Shown piece after piece: positions 20,489 through 31,600 of a stretch of 64,000 nucleotides of DNA; within the stretch, counting starts at the first letter, position 1, and each line of letters opens with the position of its first letter. The notes below the pieces were generated by a model that ran no database searches, had not been told where the DNA came from, and was given only the letters and a program-made list of their open reading frames with translations. Made by a program: the position numbers and the translations under genes. Location of the stretch: the IMG/VR virus record IMGVR_UViG_3300023435_000009; one strand, given 5' to 3'. Source of the DNA: a virus (taxonomy: Duplodnaviria > Caudoviricetes).

Positions 20489-21899
20489 TCCTACGGACAA
20501 AAACCTCCTGCCAGGACTGCTGGCGCAGAATCCGTCCCTCTGGGAAAAGGACTCCCAGGATCATAAACGGAAGGTGCAGGAGCAGGTAGAGCGGGTGATG
20601 ACGGTGTTCCGCCAACTCATCCCCAGCAACTATGTTAGCAATGTGCCTGGTCCTTTCTACATGACGCAGTTCCAGTCGGCAGCGGAGCAGATTGCCGACT
20701 TCCAGATCACGGCCCAAGAGGTCTTTGCTGACTCGTTCTATGATTTCACCCGTTCCGAGGTGCTCTATCAGATCCTTGGTGATCTGGTGTTCCCCGACGC
20801 CCGGACCTATGGGTATCCTGAGCTTGAGGGCGACCTGACCTACAGAGTGTTCCTCCAACGGATGGTGGTCCTTCTCCTTCGGGGAGCCACGACCTCGGTG
20901 CAGAAGGACGGTGTAGAGTTGCTCACGACTGCCACCGTCCAGGTGTTGGAGCGGGGCATAGAGGCCCGCAAACTCCTTGTGAGGGATGCGGACGGCACAC
21001 TTCGCCCGACCTCCGCCTGGGCTGAAGCCGACGCTTTCACTTTTGAGATCAATATCAGCCAAGTGGCCGGAACTGTTGAGATTGACGGGGTCTCCGTTCC
21101 GCTGTACGGCTTCCCTGAGGACCCCTTCAAACTCCAGCGGAACGTCTATCTGGTGCTCCGGGCGCTGAAACCCGCCCACGCCCTTTATGACTATCGCCAT
21201 CTCTTCCTGGACACCTTCGGGGAGATGTTCTCTGATGTTCACCGGGTCGACATGTCCTCCTACTACTACCAGGACTTCAGGCGGTACTGTCTCGGGGCCA
21301 AGAGGGTAGCAGGAACGGCGGGGATCACCTGGGCGAACAAGACCCTGTTCAGCGATCACCAGAGGGACTTCACGGGGATTGATCCCACGGCAATGCTGAC
21401 TATCCTCTCCGGTCTGAACTCAATCCATGTTGGGGGCACTGAAGGGACACCCGCTTCCCAGGATATGTGCCACGTCGGTCGGTACGAGGTTCTGGAAGTT
21501 AAGTTTTTTGTTCAGGACGATCAGGTTGCCCGGCAGTACACCACGTTTCCCACGGGGCTGACGGGGTCGGCAACGGTGTCCGGGGACGAATTAGAGGACA
21601 CGGCGCAGCTTTCCTGGCACACGATCCAGGAGGGTGAAATTCTGACCCTCCTGAGTGGCCCCAATGCAGGCTCCTATCGACTCAAGACTGTGTTGGGACA
21701 GTACGGGGGACCAGCGGGTAGCACATTGATAGCAGCACCGGCTACAGGGGTGAAGGTTGCCCCCAGCATCCTCCGGCTTCGTCGTCGGATGGGGGTCAGT
21801 GCTACTGGGCAGTCCTATGAGGTTCAGGTGGACAGGTTGGGAGTGCAGGAACCTCGTTTGGCTAGTCAGGAAGATGCCACCGTACAGTTTCTCATCTAA
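20481..21899 (+). CDS. Baseplate/tail protein (P2 gpI / gp7-like wedge partner)
   Basis: Follows baseplate J. It has the YRVFLQRMVVLLLRGAT and LRALKPAH motifs typical of this wedge subunit. Start placed at ATG 20481 (MADPTDK) rather than the track's 20454. Confidence 0.65.
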   Translation: MADPTDKNLLPGLLAQNPSLWEKDSQDHKRKVQEQVERVMTVFRQLIPSNYVSNVPGPFYMTQFQSAAEQIADFQITAQEVFADSFYDFTRSEVLYQILGDLVFPDARTYGYPELEGDLTYRVFLQRMVVLLLRGATTSVQKDGVELLTTATVQVLERGIEARKLLVRDADGTLRPTSAWAEADAFTFEINISQVAGTVEIDGVSVPLYGFPEDPFKLQRNVYLVLRALKPAHALYDYRHLFLDTFGEMFSDVHRVDMSSYYYQDFRRYCLGAKRVAGTAGITWANKTLFSDHQRDFTGIDPTAMLTILSGLNSIHVGGTEGTPASQDMCHVGRYEVLEVKFFVQDDQVARQYTTFPTGLTGSATVSGDELEDTAQLSWHTIQEGEILTLLSGPNAGSYRLKTVLGQYGGPAGSTLIAAPATGVKVAPSILRLRRRMGVSATGQSYEVQVDRLGVQEPRLASQEDATVQFLI

Positions 21900-21991
21900 G
21901 CCGTCCATTGATGCGCCTATAAATTCGGTAGGGTGAGGTCTAGTCTGAAAGAAGTTGGGTTTGGGGTTACAGACTGTGGAGAGGGGACACA

Positions 21992-22516
21992 ATGGTTTTA
22001 CGTGAGAAAGTGCTCAAGTTGGCCCACGACCGGCCAGAATTTCGGAAGTACCTTGTTCCTTTGTTGAGAAGGTGTGCTGCTTCGACTCCCTCCTACCAGG
22101 AGTACGTGGACAAGAAGAGACAGAAGAATGAGCGTCCTCTCTCCAAGGATAAGTGGGAGAGGAGGGTGCTGCGCAACCGGGGGATCTCTGAGGGCCACGA
22201 AGAGTGGAAGAAGGACGAAGCGGCCAAGAAGGACCTGAAGAAGACGGATAAGTCCGACACCAAACGGAAGGACCGAAAGGAATTGTCCGATAAAGTTGTG
22301 AAATCCAGGGGTCTCAAGGATAAGGATCTTGAAGAAGTTCAGGCCTATCAGAAGAAGAATGTGAAGCCGGGTCAGAAGGGCAAATTGAAGCCCTGGGAAC
22401 TCAAAGCTAAGTTCTTGGCAAAGGCCAGCCCTGAAACGAAAGAACGGATGAAGGGGCTGAACAACCAGGAGTTCATGGCGGTTCTCAATGCTATCATGGA
22501 TGAGGACGAGGGTTAA
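21992..22516 (+). CDS. Highly basic, Lys/Glu-rich hypothetical protein (174 aa)
   Basis: SD-like GAGGGG upstream; K-rich; codon use matches the other phage genes. Confidence 0.75.
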   Translation: MVLREKVLKLAHDRPEFRKYLVPLLRRCAASTPSYQEYVDKKRQKNERPLSKDKWERRVLRNRGISEGHEEWKKDEAAKKDLKKTDKSDTKRKDRKELSDKVVKSRGLKDKDLEEVQAYQKKNVKPGQKGKLKPWELKAKFLAKASPETKERMKGLNNQEFMAVLNAIMDEDEG

Positions 22517-22577
22517 CCCAGTTTTTAGCCAATGAGGTAGGAGAACGTTTCTAGGGTTCTTGACAGTGTGTAACGGG

Positions 22578-22669
22578 GCGCTGGTTTCGGCATTAGCTGA
22601 AACGAAACTGTCCTCGTTGGAGTAGGGGCTAATTCCTACGTTTTTGTGCGTGGGGAAAGGTAGCAGAAG
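22578..22669 (+). ncRNA. Orphan copy of the TnpB1 omegaRNA 3' scaffold (no tnpB attached)
   Basis: My by-eye alignment gives 78/93 identity to 11479-11571, with both hairpins still able to pair. It lies in the intergenic gap immediately before ATG 22672. Confidence 0.75.
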
Positions 22670-22671
22670 CC

Positions 22672-25600
22672 ATGGCAGCGGTAATCGTCAGTAAACTATA
22701 CACCTCTCCGGTTGGCCCCCAGGTTGGACCCACCGAGACGGGGATCAGCAGGAACGATCTACAAAAGGGCTACCGTGTGGTCTGTGAGTCACTTAACGTG
22801 GCGACGACCTACAGTTGGTCCCTTGTGTTCACTCCGGATTCCCCTGGCCCCACAGCGGCCTCTGGGAACGACTTCACAGGTACTCCGTCCACTGCGGGCC
22901 TGCTGCCCCCCGAGGGTAGCACGTCGGCCACGTGCAAGTTTGATGTAGACTGGGACGGTTCCTACCTCATCCGTCTCATCACTGATGCGGGCACGGTAGA
23001 CGAGGACTCTCAGTTCATCCGGCTTCGATTGATGACTACCTTCGGTGATCTGAAGCTCATCGCCGCCGGGGAGCGTCGGGACCAAGGTGGTGTGGTTCCT
23101 GTGGACGCAGCGACCGAAGGGTGGTCGGATGTCCAGAACCAGAACATCCAGCGGCTGATGCTGATGGTGCGCCGGGGAATGACTACGGGCCGGACGCTCT
23201 ACGTTGATCCCAACAGGGGGCGGACCTTCCTTACCTCTCAGGCGTCCGACGATACTACAAATATCGTGCGTGTCCCCGGACCGGACTCCGCAGCGAGAGA
23301 TGAGAGTGGGATGCGGATGTCGGCGGTAGGGTGTGGGGACTTCTCCTCCATCTCTGAAGCCATCAGCTACGCTTCCGCTGCTGTCGCCAGGGGGGAACCG
23401 GCCTTGGCTGCAGGGGATCCCTACATCATCAATGTGGCCCCTGGGACTTACAATGAGGACTTAGCGCTGGTCCCCTTCGTTTATTTGATGGGGGCTGGGG
23501 GGTACTACAATCGGGTCACTACAGTTGATGCCACCACTACAGGTTCCCACACGTTTACGGCAACAGGTCCCGGTGACCTCTGTGTTTTGATAGGGATGCA
23601 CCTGACGAATAGTCTCGTTACAACCGGGGCGGTTCTGGAAAACAACGGTGGTATTCTCATCCTTCAGGACGTTGCAGTCCAGCAGGAAGGTGTTTCCGGA
23701 ACGCAGGGGCCTGCTCTTCATGTTGATCAGGCTTTTGAGTCTACGGTCTGGGCTGACCAATGTCTCTTGAGTTCAGAGGGCTCTCCTGCAACTCAATATG
23801 CGCTCGTCCTTGAGAACCTTGCTGGAGCAGTCACCTTTACAGGGGGGATGATCGTTGGGCCATCCGCTGTGTTCTGTCTCTCGGATCCTGTCGCAGGAGC
23901 ATCTACGCTGGCTGTAGACATCCGCAGTGCTGTGATTACAGCAGGGGTCGGAGGTACTGCCTATCAGGGATACCCCAGCAGTACGACGTTTGCTACCTCT
24001 GAGATTGGGGGGCCTGTGGTGCTTAGTTCCGGGGCTTACGGGGTGGGGGCCTACACCCACGATGTGGAACTGGAACTCAACGCTGTTTCCTTTGATGTAG
24101 CTCTGCTGGTTGCCCCTGTGTCAGTGACCCCGACTGGTACGACCGGATCCTGCACTTTCAACCACGGGGACGTTGTTGTCCGTGGAGCTACCGCAGGGGA
24201 TTATCTGGATGTCCCCACGGCCCCTGGAAACGTGCCTACGGTGGAGCCCAGTTCTCAGAGCTACGCCAACTATTTTGACAACAACTTCACCAACCCTCTG
24301 ACGACGCTTTCGCTGAACAGTCTTCAGCAGATCCCGGTGGGTAACGTCCAGGAGGCCCTTACGCTCCTGACTCGTTACGTGCTGCCCGTCACGGGAGCAC
24401 CGTTCTACTCCCTGGAGTCTGCATATAACGGCCTCGCTTCCTTGAACCCCCCGGTAGCGGGTGATGGGTTGGGCCGGACCATCGAGGCGGGTGCCGGAGC
24501 TGTTCAGATCACGGCGGCACTTGCCCCGGTGGTACCCTACGAGCCGCTCCTGTTGGGCGGTCTTCAGGTAGAGGGTCAGGTTGATATAGGCCCCCTGATG
24601 GGGGATGGCCTGGGCTCCGAGTTTACGGTCGACCCCAACACCTTTGGGATGGGTGTGATCCTTAAGATGGGTCGCAATGTCTTCCCCAACGTGACGGGGC
24701 TGAATTCGTTGGCTCTGGTTCAGGTGGGTTCCGATCCTTCTTTGCCTTTCGACTACACTGTCCACACGAGGAACAGTGCTGGTCTACTCCTCAGGCCGGG
24801 GGCTGCAAGTCTGGTTGCAGGATCCGGGGTAGGGGCACTTGGCCCTGGGGGCGGTGACGTTCATCTACAAGCGGGTTCCGCAGGAAACCCCGCACCCACT
24901 ACGGGTTCTGTGTGGGTTGCCCCCGGTGCCCACACTGTTACTAACGGACGTCTAGAGTTGGCGGACCCCTCAACGGCGACGGCCCCCACTTTGTTGGCTG
25001 CCGGACCTTTTGTTCCTGGTCCCGCCACAGGCACCTTCTACATTCAGACCATCAATGGTGTGGAGGAGCACACGATCCTGGCGGCGGACACCATTGGCAC
25101 TTTGGTGGCCCGAATCAACACCACTTCCCTGAGTTTGGCGGCTACAGCCGTCATGGGGACCACACTAAGACTCACGGGTCTGAACACGGGGCCGACCGCC
25201 TTCATCCTCTACATGACGGATGATCAGGGCGGGGCACTCAACACAATGATGGGAGACTTGGTCCCCCCGGCGGCGACATATGTTGCAGGGAGCTACGTCA
25301 ATCATGTGGGTCTGAGTTGCATTGGAGCCAATCTGTTCCATGTTCACGGTACAGTCTCGGCAGATGTGCCCATTATTGCCGTTCCTGGTGGCTATCAGCC
25401 AATGCTCAATCCTGGAGCGCTTGTTGGACCAGGAATCGCTATTGTTGGGGTGGATAACACGGCAGGTACTGTTACGGTGACACTTCCAGTAGCTCCTGCT
25501 GTGGCGACACAGCTTACGGTCAAGCACGAGGCGGGTGTGTTGGCTCCACTTACTCCTGTGAACATCGTTCCGGGGGCAGCCAATATCGACGGTGTCGCTG

Positions 25601-25686
25601 GACCCCGTGTCTACAACAACCCGTTGGACCACCAGTTCAGCCTGACAATGTACTTTAGCGGTGCCGCTGGTTGGTTCATCATCTAA
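22672..25686 (+). CDS. Tailspike/tail-fibre-like protein with N-terminal Ig/PKD-like domain and pectin-lyase-like beta-helix (1004 aa)
   Basis: PKD-like YSWSLVFTP...TSATCKFDVDWDGSYLIRL; beta-helix entry motif GDFSSISEAISYA...IINVAPGTYNEDLAL; NVQEALT fibre motif. Confidence 0.6.
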   Translation: MAAVIVSKLYTSPVGPQVGPTETGISRNDLQKGYRVVCESLNVATTYSWSLVFTPDSPGPTAASGNDFTGTPSTAGLLPPEGSTSATCKFDVDWDGSYLIRLITDAGTVDEDSQFIRLRLMTTFGDLKLIAAGERRDQGGVVPVDAATEGWSDVQNQNIQRLMLMVRRGMTTGRTLYVDPNRGRTFLTSQASDDTTNIVRVPGPDSAARDESGMRMSAVGCGDFSSISEAISYASAAVARGEPALAAGDPYIINVAPGTYNEDLALVPFVYLMGAGGYYNRVTTVDATTTGSHTFTATGPGDLCVLIGMHLTNSLVTTGAVLENNGGILILQDVAVQQEGVSGTQGPALHVDQAFESTVWADQCLLSSEGSPATQYALVLENLAGAVTFTGGMIVGPSAVFCLSDPVAGASTLAVDIRSAVITAGVGGTAYQGYPSSTTFATSEIGGPVVLSSGAYGVGAYTHDVELELNAVSFDVALLVAPVSVTPTGTTGSCTFNHGDVVVRGATAGDYLDVPTAPGNVPTVEPSSQSYANYFDNNFTNPLTTLSLNSLQQIPVGNVQEALTLLTRYVLPVTGAPFYSLESAYNGLASLNPPVAGDGLGRTIEAGAGAVQITAALAPVVPYEPLLLGGLQVEGQVDIGPLMGDGLGSEFTVDPNTFGMGVILKMGRNVFPNVTGLNSLALVQVGSDPSLPFDYTVHTRNSAGLLLRPGAASLVAGSGVGALGPGGGDVHLQAGSAGNPAPTTGSVWVAPGAHTVTNGRLELADPSTATAPTLLAAGPFVPGPATGTFYIQTINGVEEHTILAADTIGTLVARINTTSLSLAATAVMGTTLRLTGLNTGPTAFILYMTDDQGGALNTMMGDLVPPAATYVAGSYVNHVGLSCIGANLFHVHGTVSADVPIIAVPGGYQPMLNPGALVGPGIAIVGVDNTAGTVTVTLPVAPAVATQLTVKHEAGVLAPLTPVNIVPGAANIDGVAGPRVYNNPLDHQFSLTMYFSGAAGWFII

Positions 25687-25698
25687 AACGGGGGCATC

Positions 25699-28600
25699 GT
25701 GCCTGGACCCTTTACATATCCTCTGCCTCATCCTGCAGGAGCCGGTTACGGTGGTGTAGGATGGAGTCCCCGTGCCGGGGACGGAACGTTCGATCCCCAG
25801 AACGTGGCCTATGGCTACGGTGAGGACTCCTATGGAGCCATCGATTTCCCCGCCCCGCCGATTGCCGTCGATGGGGGTTATGGTGGTGACCCCTATGGGA
25901 CAGGACCCTATGGTGGGATCGAGCTAGTACCCCCTCGTTTGTCTTCCGCTGTTAGCTTGAACGGTTGGGAGATCGAGGTGTTCTTCTCTGAGGAGATGGA
26001 TCCCAATGATCTTTCGCTGGTGGATCCCCTTTCCTATCTGTTGACTCCCGTGGATGCTGCCGCCTCCGAGGTGCTTTCGGTACGAATTGAAAAGTTGGGC
26101 AGCATCTCTCTGCACGATCACTTCCAGGGTGTCTTGTCCGTCATCATCACACACACGGGAACCACTCTGGGTGGGACCTATGAAGTGTGGGCCACGGGAC
26201 CGACCGACGTCTCAGGGAACCCCATCCTAGACATCCCCTTTGAATTGTTGACCATCGGGGAAGCTCCCGTTTACACCGTCTCCGCTGCCAGCGGGAACGA
26301 ACTGCTGTTCCAGTTCAGCCATGCGATGCTCTCGGCGGCGGATGAACCTGCCGGATCTCCAGGTATCACGAACCCTGCCTCGTACCAATTCACGTCTGAC
26401 CCAGACTATCCGATCACCTTGACACCTGTCATCATCACTCACCCATATAATGGAGACGCCTCCCAGGTGCATCAAGAAGTGCAGGGGATGACGTCGGTGC
26501 AGTACAACTGTACGATCAGCCCCGCAACCGAGATTGAGTACGACGGGACGATCCTGCCGAGCGAGGCCACGACTTTTACCGGGACCGAGGTGTTCCCTGG
26601 TAACGGTCAGTCCCTCATCACAGGGGGCAAACTCATTCTTAATAAGGCTAAGGTTCTCAGCTACGGTTGGGACTTCCTGGTCTTGGGTGGAACGATCCCC
26701 GCTGACTCTACGTTCCGTGCAGACGTGATCGTCAATGCGGGAGCAGCGATCTATGCCCCTCCGTTGGCAGCCTTTACGACGTTGAACCTGGGACAGGCCA
26801 TCTTTGCCACAGGTCCTGTGGGGATGGGCACACAGGCGACGGTGACACTTCAGAAGGTGGCTGGTAATCAGGATCGTATCCATATCCAGAGTGGGGTCTG
26901 GATCACAACGGTGATGGCCACCTGGAGTTCCGGGGACATCACACTCTCGATGGTGCGGAACAGGAAGGCGGGTTTCATCACCTTCCTTCTCGGAGGCGTG
27001 CCCCTCGTTACAGTGCCTACAGCCACCATTTCGGAACCCTCCACGCTGGCTGGGGCAGGGGTGCGGTGGTTGCTCTCGCCGTCCCTCACGAACATTTCGG
27101 GGTTTCAACTCCTGGACGTGTCGTTCGAGCAGACCGAGACGGTGTGGTCCGCAGCGTGGAACTTCCTGCATAACATGATGGGCCTCTTCCAGGGATCCGC
27201 AGCGCACACACGGCCCTGGCTTCTGACTCAGCGAGGTCCCTTGGTGAAGGACTGGGGGGACATGACTCCCGCCACCAAGCAGGACGTAGCACTGTGGGTC
27301 AATGGTGGTGAAGTCGATGTTTCCGATGTGAATCCCTATTGGGGAAAGGTCACACCGACGATTCCCATTCCGTTGCTCCCACCGGGCGACCCTCAAGCCG
27401 ACGTCAAAATAGACTATCACTGGATGGCCACACCAATCATGCCTTTGGCGGGGTTGAACGTAGAAGGGGCTGTTCTGAACAAGTGGGACCGGGCAACCGG
27501 ACACCACGATCCCGCCTTCCACGGCGAGCAGATCCAGGACGCCACCCACGCCAAGGGGGCACCCGACATCAGCCGTTTCCCGATGGGTGTGGTGATTGGA
27601 CCCCCAGATTACCCCGAACCGCTCTTGGTCAGCCATCGGTACATGGGGTTCGAGAAGGACGCTTCGGCGCTCCTCAACAGTCCTACCACGATGATCCTGA
27701 ATCAGGATCCCCGTGTCTCCCAGGTTCCGGCCTTTGAGTCGCCCACCGAGGGCACGACACGGGCTTTTGAGGGTGCCCAGAGTCCTACACTGGACGACCC
27801 CCCTTGGACGTTAGAGGGGCAAGACACGGGTTCAGCGGTCAACGGCATTTATACTGTCATTGACAGCCAGTCGGGAGCCTTTAATCCTGACGACCCCAAG
27901 GTTGCGATGTACTGGGGGGAGATCGACCTTAATTTCCCCTCTAACCTCTATCTGGTTGGGAAGTTTTCGGTGCCCAAAGATCCCGTGACAGAGGTGGCTT
28001 CCGTGTCACCCCACGGAGTCTTCACGGGTGTTGGGTTCGGTGTCCACGACAATCACCACCTGTACCTGGCCGGAGCTATTCAGCTAGGCACAACGGATAT
28101 TATTCGTCACGTCGGGATACTCAAAGATCCAACGATGATGCATCTGTTGGACGGGTGGGATCTGGGACCGAAGGCCACCATCAGCATCATCTCCTCTACC
28201 GTGTGTACCGCAGCTTCCTCCAGTGTGCCTACGGGATTCACTACAGGCGGTCGGTTCAATATTCTGAGTGGCTCCCAGGCGGGTGTCTACACGGCTTCCT
28301 CCGTGATCCGCCACAGTACGGGAACGACCGAGATTACGGTGACCCCCGGCTTCCCCGCCAATCCCAAGCTGTACGATAACAAGTACTTCGATGCGATCTT
28401 TGAGGTGGACTGGGTGGAGGATTCATCCACCTACCGGATGGTGGTGGACCCAGAGCAGCGGACGGCAACGCTTGACATTTCGGGTAGACTCTCCGGGCGG
28501 GTTGCGACGTTGGACGGTACCGTGGCGCACATGCCTCAGCCTGCCCAGACGTCCCTTTTGTTGAGCACCGAGTACGAAGGCCAGGTCTTTTGGGGGTCGC

Positions 28601-31600
28601 TGGACTCCTTCGCCGTGTCACATTCCTCCTGGTCCTTCCTCCGCTACGGTATCGTTCCTGACCAAACGTCTTTGCGAGGATACGTTCAAGTCGTGAACAC
28701 GGAGATGGGGGATCTTCCCGAAGAGGACCCCAACGAAGAGTGGTTCCTCACTGAGCCGTTTGGAACGTCCGAGATCCTGATGACCGGGGGGATGCAGCTT
28801 AAGAGCACTGCCGGAAGCGACGCCTATAATCTGGTCTACGGATACAGCCGGATCGAGCCCTTCCTGTTCCCTGACGCCAACGTAGACCTCCGGGCCTTTT
28901 TCGGGGTGGACTCCGCCGTGCTCGGGGCCGGGGATGCTGAGATTGTCCTCCAGGATGGGGTGCGGGTGATCCGCTTGGCGACCCTGATGTACTACGAGGG
29001 CGACGACCCTTGGCGGCAACTTGTGGAGATGCCCTCCGTGAGTTGTGCTGGGTTCATGTCCCCTGACCAACAGGGCTGGGACTACAGCGGGGATGTTGGG
29101 AATGATGGGCTGTCCGAGGGGCCAGACTTCACCCTCACTGTGCCTGCGGGTGAGACCACCCGTTACCGAGCAACAGCGGACACGACGGGACTCGTTTGCG
29201 GTGACCCTGGTGACCGGATTGGCGAGGTGCTGGTGGCCTCTGATGCTGCAGGCTACTTGTTCACCCTGGCATCTCCCTCGGGGCACAGCATCCAGTTCTG
29301 GCTCCGTGAGGGTGCGACCCCTGGGGTAGAGCTTAGGACTGAGGCGGGGGTGATTGTCCAAGCCTACGACTTCGACTGGACCGATGATGCGCTGCACGCC
29401 TATAGGTTGATCGCTTCTAGCGGGGTTGCATCACTTCTCATCGACAACACCCTCCAGCTTCCGACCGTTGGGATGGGGCCGTTCGCCTCCGGTGGTAGCA
29501 GCCAGTTCCTCTTCGGATCTGTCGCCCCCACATCGGACATGACCACCAGATGGCGGTCGGTGTCCTATTCGGTGATCCCGCCTGCCACAGTGAAACGGAC
29601 CTTCGGGATCTGGCTTGGCGGGAACAAGGACGACATCGATCAGTGGCAGATTCCTCGGACGGACAGCACGACGGCGAAGAATTCCGATGAGATTGGCCCC
29701 GTTGTGGAAGAGATGGACTGGCGGACCCCCATGGAGGTGCGCCTGCTACGGACCCCCGAGTGGGGCGTCACAATGCTCCGTCCGGACCTTCCGATGCCTC
29801 CCTACTACGTTCCTGAGACTCCGGGCGTTCCTGGCAGTGGGTACGCCACCCAGACGGCGGTCCCCTCCGCTGGGTGGATCAACGTAGAGGATGCGGAGAT
29901 CCCCAAACTGCCAGCCATTTTTGGGAGCATCTCGTTCGGGGCCTTGGATCAGCGATCCGTGACCCAGCAACATTGGGATTGGGTCCGGTACAAGATCTTC
30001 AAAACGATCACGGAGGAGCACAAGTCCCCGGACCACATGGTGCTCAACCAGAACAACGTCCTCACCAGCGGTGACTGGTTGTTGGACAGGACGCTGGAGA
30101 CGGCAACTCTCCAGGTTGCCAGTATCAATTCGCTGGCCCTGGCCCCGCTCCATATGGTAGCCGAGGGTGTCTACAAGGTGGTGGATGGCTCGACGGTTTA
30201 TGCCCGGACGGACTGGACATTTGATGCCAACCAGCAGACGCTGGTGCTGGACAAGGGACTGAACTTCTCCTCCGCTACGGCAACCGTCACGGTCTTGTTC
30301 TACCCAGGCAAACCCATCACCGACACCTACCTCCTGGGCCAACCCGTCCAGGATGGGATGACGCTTCTGAACGAGGGTACACCCCCTGTTCCGATGAGCC
30401 AGGGTGTAGGAGCCACGCACGAAGAGATCCACGGGTCGTTCCTGAACGACCCTGCCCACATTCTGAACGAGAATCCGGGCTTCACCTTGAACGACCCCTA
30501 CAATGTCCTGGTTTTCGTGGATGACGCCGAAGCCCTCTACGAGAATATGAAGTTCATGGAGGTGGACAACAGCGGTGATACGGGCCTGATCTCCACCCCC
30601 TGCGAGGGTACTCTGCCACAAGGTTTCTCTGGGCATTCGCCGGATGAGGGTGAGGAAGTGTACTCCAAGACGGGTACGGGAGCCTCCCTGGGTGGCGTTG
30701 GCCAGAGTGCTGGCCTCAAGGCAACCGGGACGAAGGTGGGAGAAGCCGTTGGTGCCCACGTCTTGGGGTTCAAAGGCACTAAGTTCTGGGAGAAGATGAC
30801 ATCACCGAAGCCCAGCCCGTTCGAGCAAGGCGGTGGGATGCCGGGCAAAACCTTGTTTGCATCTGGAGGCAACTATCTTGGCCCAGTGGTGGATCTGGGT
30901 GGACAAATCATCGACATGAAGCCCCTTGGCGGGACGCTCGGGCCGGGAACGGCTGTTCTGTACCCGAACTTCGTAGAGGGTGCTGCTAAACCGGGGACCG
31001 GGATCAAAGGGATCTACCGCCGCACTGATTGGTTCCTCCGATTGCACGCTGTCATAGGGCAGAACCAGCAAGAGAAGCAACTCATCGAGATCATGTCCCT
31101 GGACAGTGCAGACAACACGCCACCCACCACACCGTACCGTTGGGCTGTCAACCCCTCGGGGACGCCCCCAGTCAATGGTTATGGGGCTTGCCTGGCGGAG
31201 TATACGGGAGCAGGAGAGTATTCGCACACGGGGCCTTGGGGTGGACTGTCAGCATTGGAAGCGGCCCAGGACTTCGGAATCCTGGAGTTCCTTGGGCTGA
31301 CGGTTCCCGTGGGCACTACAGCAGAGGTACGGAGCGATGCAGGCTGGTCCGTTGTTTTCACGGCAGTGGCTGTTCCGGTTCTCCCCACGGAATTTGCAGC
31401 GGCCCCGACGCCGCATCTCAGTTTGGCTGACGCCATCAACAACCACGCCGTCACCCGGAACTGGGTGGAGGCGGTGGCTGGTTTGACTTGGTGGGGAAGC
31501 CGTGCGGTGACGGTGGAGTCCTTGTCCCCCGTAGTGGTTGGGAATCTGGTTAGCATCTGGGGCACGCCCCCGCAGATTGTGGTGCAGGATGTCCTGGGGA

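Noticed and set aside
15640-21899. Bacterial extracellular contractile injection system or T6SS instead of a phage
   Set aside because: No AAA ATPase, VgrG or Tss genes and no host housekeeping genes are present. Giant proteins, homing-type nucleases and small accessory genes fit a large phage better, though a prophage-like context cannot be excluded from this window.
22560-22590. TTGACA as a sigma70 -35 box for the orphan omegaRNA
   Set aside because: There is no -10-like hexamer at 16-18 nt spacing.
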